Shown one piece after another: positions 60,473 through 64,000 of a stretch of DNA of 64,000 nucleotides (the first letter of the stretch is position 1; every line of letters begins with the position of its first letter). The stretch is from Selaginella moellendorffii. Its lineage: Eukaryota > Plantae > Lycopodiophyta. The stretch covers positions 737,325 to 801,324 of the forward strand of contig NW_003314292.1 in the NCBI RefSeq assembly GCF_000143415.4. Reading direction: 5' to 3'. Position numbers and translations under genes: made by a program. Below the pieces are notes generated by a model, which had not been told where the DNA came from, searched no databases, and saw nothing but the letters and a program-made list of their open reading frames with translations.

Positions 60473-61330
60473 TTGATTGCTTCTTCTGAGGAAACACAAT
60501 ATGCATGTGTTCATATTACGGATCTACAGCTCCATTCAGGTGGTGAGCCGCTTTTTATATATGTATTATCTCGGTACGATAGTTATGATTTCCAACATGA
60601 GATCTACTCAACAAGCATGGCATCAACATCAAGGTTCCTTAATATCGATTTCACTGATAGCTACGGCATGCACCTTGCAACAGCTTCAATGGCAGCCAAC
60701 GCTGCTGATAAATACAACCACCTTTTCAAGCCATCTAACTGGCTGTGTATTCAACACTACAAAGTCAGAGCTAAAAATCTGAAATATCATTTGGGGCTCC
60801 ATCGTCTCTTAGTAGATATTTCTATGGCCACACATGTTCGAGTATGGCCAGAGAAGGCTCCTCTAGTGCTTGATTTTGTTAGACCATCAGACATTGTTCC
60901 ACTGAGTCAGTTTGCAGTGGATGCTTCTGCTTATACTTCTTCAACGGTTGCTGCGGCAATCACTGGTGTAGATCAAACGCCTAACACTACAAACATCATA
61001 TTTATTGCTGATGATCTTGAAGCTGAAAACACCTATAAGGTATTTGTAATATTCTGACTGGATTTTTTGGTGAACTTCAAACATAGGTGCATGTGCTGGG
61101 TGATATGGACCATGTCTATCATGAGCTCAAATCATCATGGTTTGCTGGGGCCATGCCAAGTCGTATTTTCTACAATCTCCGAGGAACTAAAGATAAAAAT
61201 GTGTTTAGGATTGCACCCTCGACTATTGTCTTGAAAATTCCTGACGATACGCCTTGGGATCATATACAAAAGCAGTTGCACTCTATCTCATTCATATACA
61301 GAAAGAACTTCTTTGGGGTATGTCTCTCTT
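60473..61330 (+). CDS. RPA70-like OB-fold protein (Helitron-associated type); multi-exon, integrity uncertain
   Basis: IYVLSRYD..FLNIDFTDSYG..ATASM..ADKYNHLF..NWLCIQHYKVRAKN resembles the pattern of the RPA1 DBD-A fold. Confidence 0.45.
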
Positions 61331-64000
61331 GATGTATACCAGCCGTTCAAAACACATGTTTTGTCAATAGGTGCATGGCCATTTCATCCCTAAAAACCCT
61401 CGAACAATCTTTGTTTGTTGCGGCTGCCATGTTTGCAAAAAGTTTAGGGTCGAGAAACAAATGTGAGATATTAGTTGGTGCCACCATTGCAAGAATGAAC
61501 AAATGTTTTTTCAAACTTTGCGGGTCCATGGCAAATTCTATCCAGATACTAGCCACCCCCAAGACGTTTATATGGAGGACACTTATATAGACTAAGCATA
61601 TGGTCTCACTCCTGGCCAGTTTCTAAGAATGTTCACTTCTACTTGAATGCCTGAGGCAATCAAACTTTTGGAGACAAAGAAGCCACCAACAGACCACTTC
61701 TTATTTTTGACTGGTGCCGATCAAAGCTCACCACAAGTTATTGCGTTCAAGGCTGATTAGAGTACTGTGCACTTTTATTTCCTGTTCTAGTGTGCTTTTA
61801 TTTCCTGTTCCCGTGTGCTTTCATTTTCTATTTGTACAATGTATTGTCTACAAGCTTGATGCATAGTTGTTTATGGGATCCATTGTATTATTACAACCTC
61901 AAAGTCTCTTGCAAGACTCTCTGGAATGCGAGCTTCCCAATTGCTGCATTGCCCCACTTCTTGTAGCAAGCCAGCAACATCATCATGTCATGAAGCTGGG
62001 CTTGAAAGGCATCATCCGCCACGTCTAGAGCTTCCTGGATTGTTGCCTTGCACAAGGTTGTAACTTGCGTTAGATCAACAAAAACATTTTTTTTCAGGAA
62101 ACTTACGTGCATGCTGTGCTCATCAGTGTAAGATGACCTTCATGCAATGGATTAAAATCACCGGAAGGAACGACCCTTCTGCCGGTTCTATAGTCTTTGC
62201 TACCTGTATCACAACTTATGAAAAAACTAACCAGTGAGCAAATTTTGAAGTACCTTCACCAGGATAATCGACCATGGAGACATTTCCATGTATTAGCTGC
62301 TTGAGCTCTTCATCCTTTGTGTAATTCAGCCTAGAATCTCAAATTTCTTCCTCAGGGCTCTTCAATTCTCCCGGTACCGTATTCCCAATCTCACAAACAT
62401 CAACCATAGCCTAGACATAAATCAAAAGTTTGGGCAAACTAAAAAGCCTGGTCATAAAAATCATAACCTTGATCAGGAGCTGACTGGATAGACAATCCTC
62501 TCCAAAACAATCTCTATATCCCTGGAGATGAGAAAAACAATCGATTAAATTTGTTGCTGTAAATACACAAGACTTGTGATCTCCTCGCTTGGGACTCCCA
62601 GTCGTCAACGCACCAAAGTGCCTGCACTACATTCCAAGAAAAAATCCGCTTACTCGATCAAGAAAAAACTATCTGCATGCAGCACAAGTTATTTATAAAG
62701 CTTAAGAGCCGCCATCATTGAAAATTGTGGCTACGTTCAAGTGACATATTAGAGATGTTCCTAAGATATGATAAATGACAGTATACCTGACTTTCTCTAC
62801 AAATGAGACCGTTCATGAGGAGACATGGATACCAATTGCTTCCAAATGCTTCCTTTCTATAATCTTCACCATTCTTCAATTTGAAAAAAAACTCCATAGT
62901 GCTGGTTTCATTAGTCCTATATTTTATAAGCATTAGCATTGGAGTTCAAATTGACAGCAACAAAGAAAAGTTTACCCTGAGTGATTTAACAAATCCTTTA
63001 GCGAAGGGAAGTGGCCTCGGTATAGTTTTCTTCAGAATCTTCAGAATAAGAATCCAAAACCTACAAATGCAAAGAAGTCTCATAATACTGGAAATCCCAC
63101 CAAACTCTCATGTTTTTTAGAAAGGTTTTTACGATGCAGCAGATGAAATGTAATTCCCAAATGTAGCTGAAACGGATTCCTACACTTACGACATCAAACT
63201 AAAGCATAAGGAAGTTGGAGAAGAGTACCTGGTGTAGAACTACATTGCTGTGGCGATTTACTTGTTTTCTTGCAGTACCTGGCACTTGGTCTTGAAGAAG
63301 ATGACATGGGCGGAGCAAGAGCTACACTTGCTATGGACGCCATGATTGAAGCTAAGAGCCGGCAGGATTGGCTTCACTTGCGGCTCCTTGTGAATTCTCC
63401 ACACAGACGAGGCTGGCAGTGAAATCCCACTTCTGGGCGACAGCGCCGGCGAGGGCCTAGGGGTGCAGTTTAGTATCAAGCCTGACCCGAATCAGTTATG
63501 TGGAACTTTTTCTTACCACGCTAGAAGCCATTGGTCTTTTCCAGCAGCAGTGCGTCCACTCTCCTTGATGTGCATAGCAATTCGAGCTGCGGCCTCAAAC
63601 TCCAGATTCTTGAGCTATTGTGACAAGCTTGACACTGCTGTAGCTAGGGCAACGACATCTCGCAATGCCCTAGAAATCCCGCTCTCCCAAAAGCACCAGA
63701 TCCAATCTGTCACACTTTTTTTGCTAAATCTCACGATAACCCTAAATCTCACAATTAGGCTTTGGGCGATCCAAATTGGAGGTGCTGTGTCAACGCTGGT
63801 GTCTTTGCTCCTGAGAACCCCATCGCAAGTTGTTATTTGTGAGGAGTTCCATCAAAGCAAGGTATTTGTGGTGCATAGAATTTGTATGATCTTCATTCTT
63901 ACTCCACTGCCAGGAAATGGGACAAGGCGATTTAAGCTCTTAAATGCTTTGAAGCACATTCAGTCGGCACAGCCTTACGCACCTGGACGTGAAGCTTGAC

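Larger units (their letters stand above)
58332..64000 (+). mobile_element. probable Helitron (3' end not seen) with captured gene fragments
   Basis: A|TCTACTACTATA start; mosaic of PPR and RCL1 fragments; RPA-like ORF; internal duplication 59578-59712 ~ 63462-63605. Confidence 0.45.

Noticed and set aside
62300-63460. Short ORFs at the window end
   Set aside because: Could not assign a family; probably fragmented cargo

Overview
Plant nuclear DNA. Compact genes, introns mostly 47-80 nt and GC-rich exons suggest a Selaginella-like lycophyte (inference). Intact host genes: two paralogous F-box genes, tRNA-Leu(CAA), a PP2A B' subunit, a GPI-anchored LTP-like gene, a kissper-type kiwellin, RPS18, a TPK K+ channel, an AT-rich secreted bulb-lectin fusion, and a 3-exon gene (44545-45721) encoding two tandem SRF-like MADS domains plus an acidic tail. 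The F-box and double-MADS genes recur side by side as decayed copies from about 1.5 to 48.7 kb, mixed with DMC1 and RPS18 fragments. One double-MADS copy is split by a ~23.7-kb nested TE block. That block is an old gypsy containing a self-priming chromovirus (itself holding an intact, very young TG..CT copia), a solo LTR and a young non-coding LARD. A second gypsy remnant (52.9-56.3 kb) carries a 5S-rRNA-bearing Cassandra TRIM and a Cassandra solo LTR. The window ends in a probable Helitron with an RPA-like OB-fold ORF and captured PPR/RCL1 fragments. All calls are by-eye motif recognition; no database searches were run.
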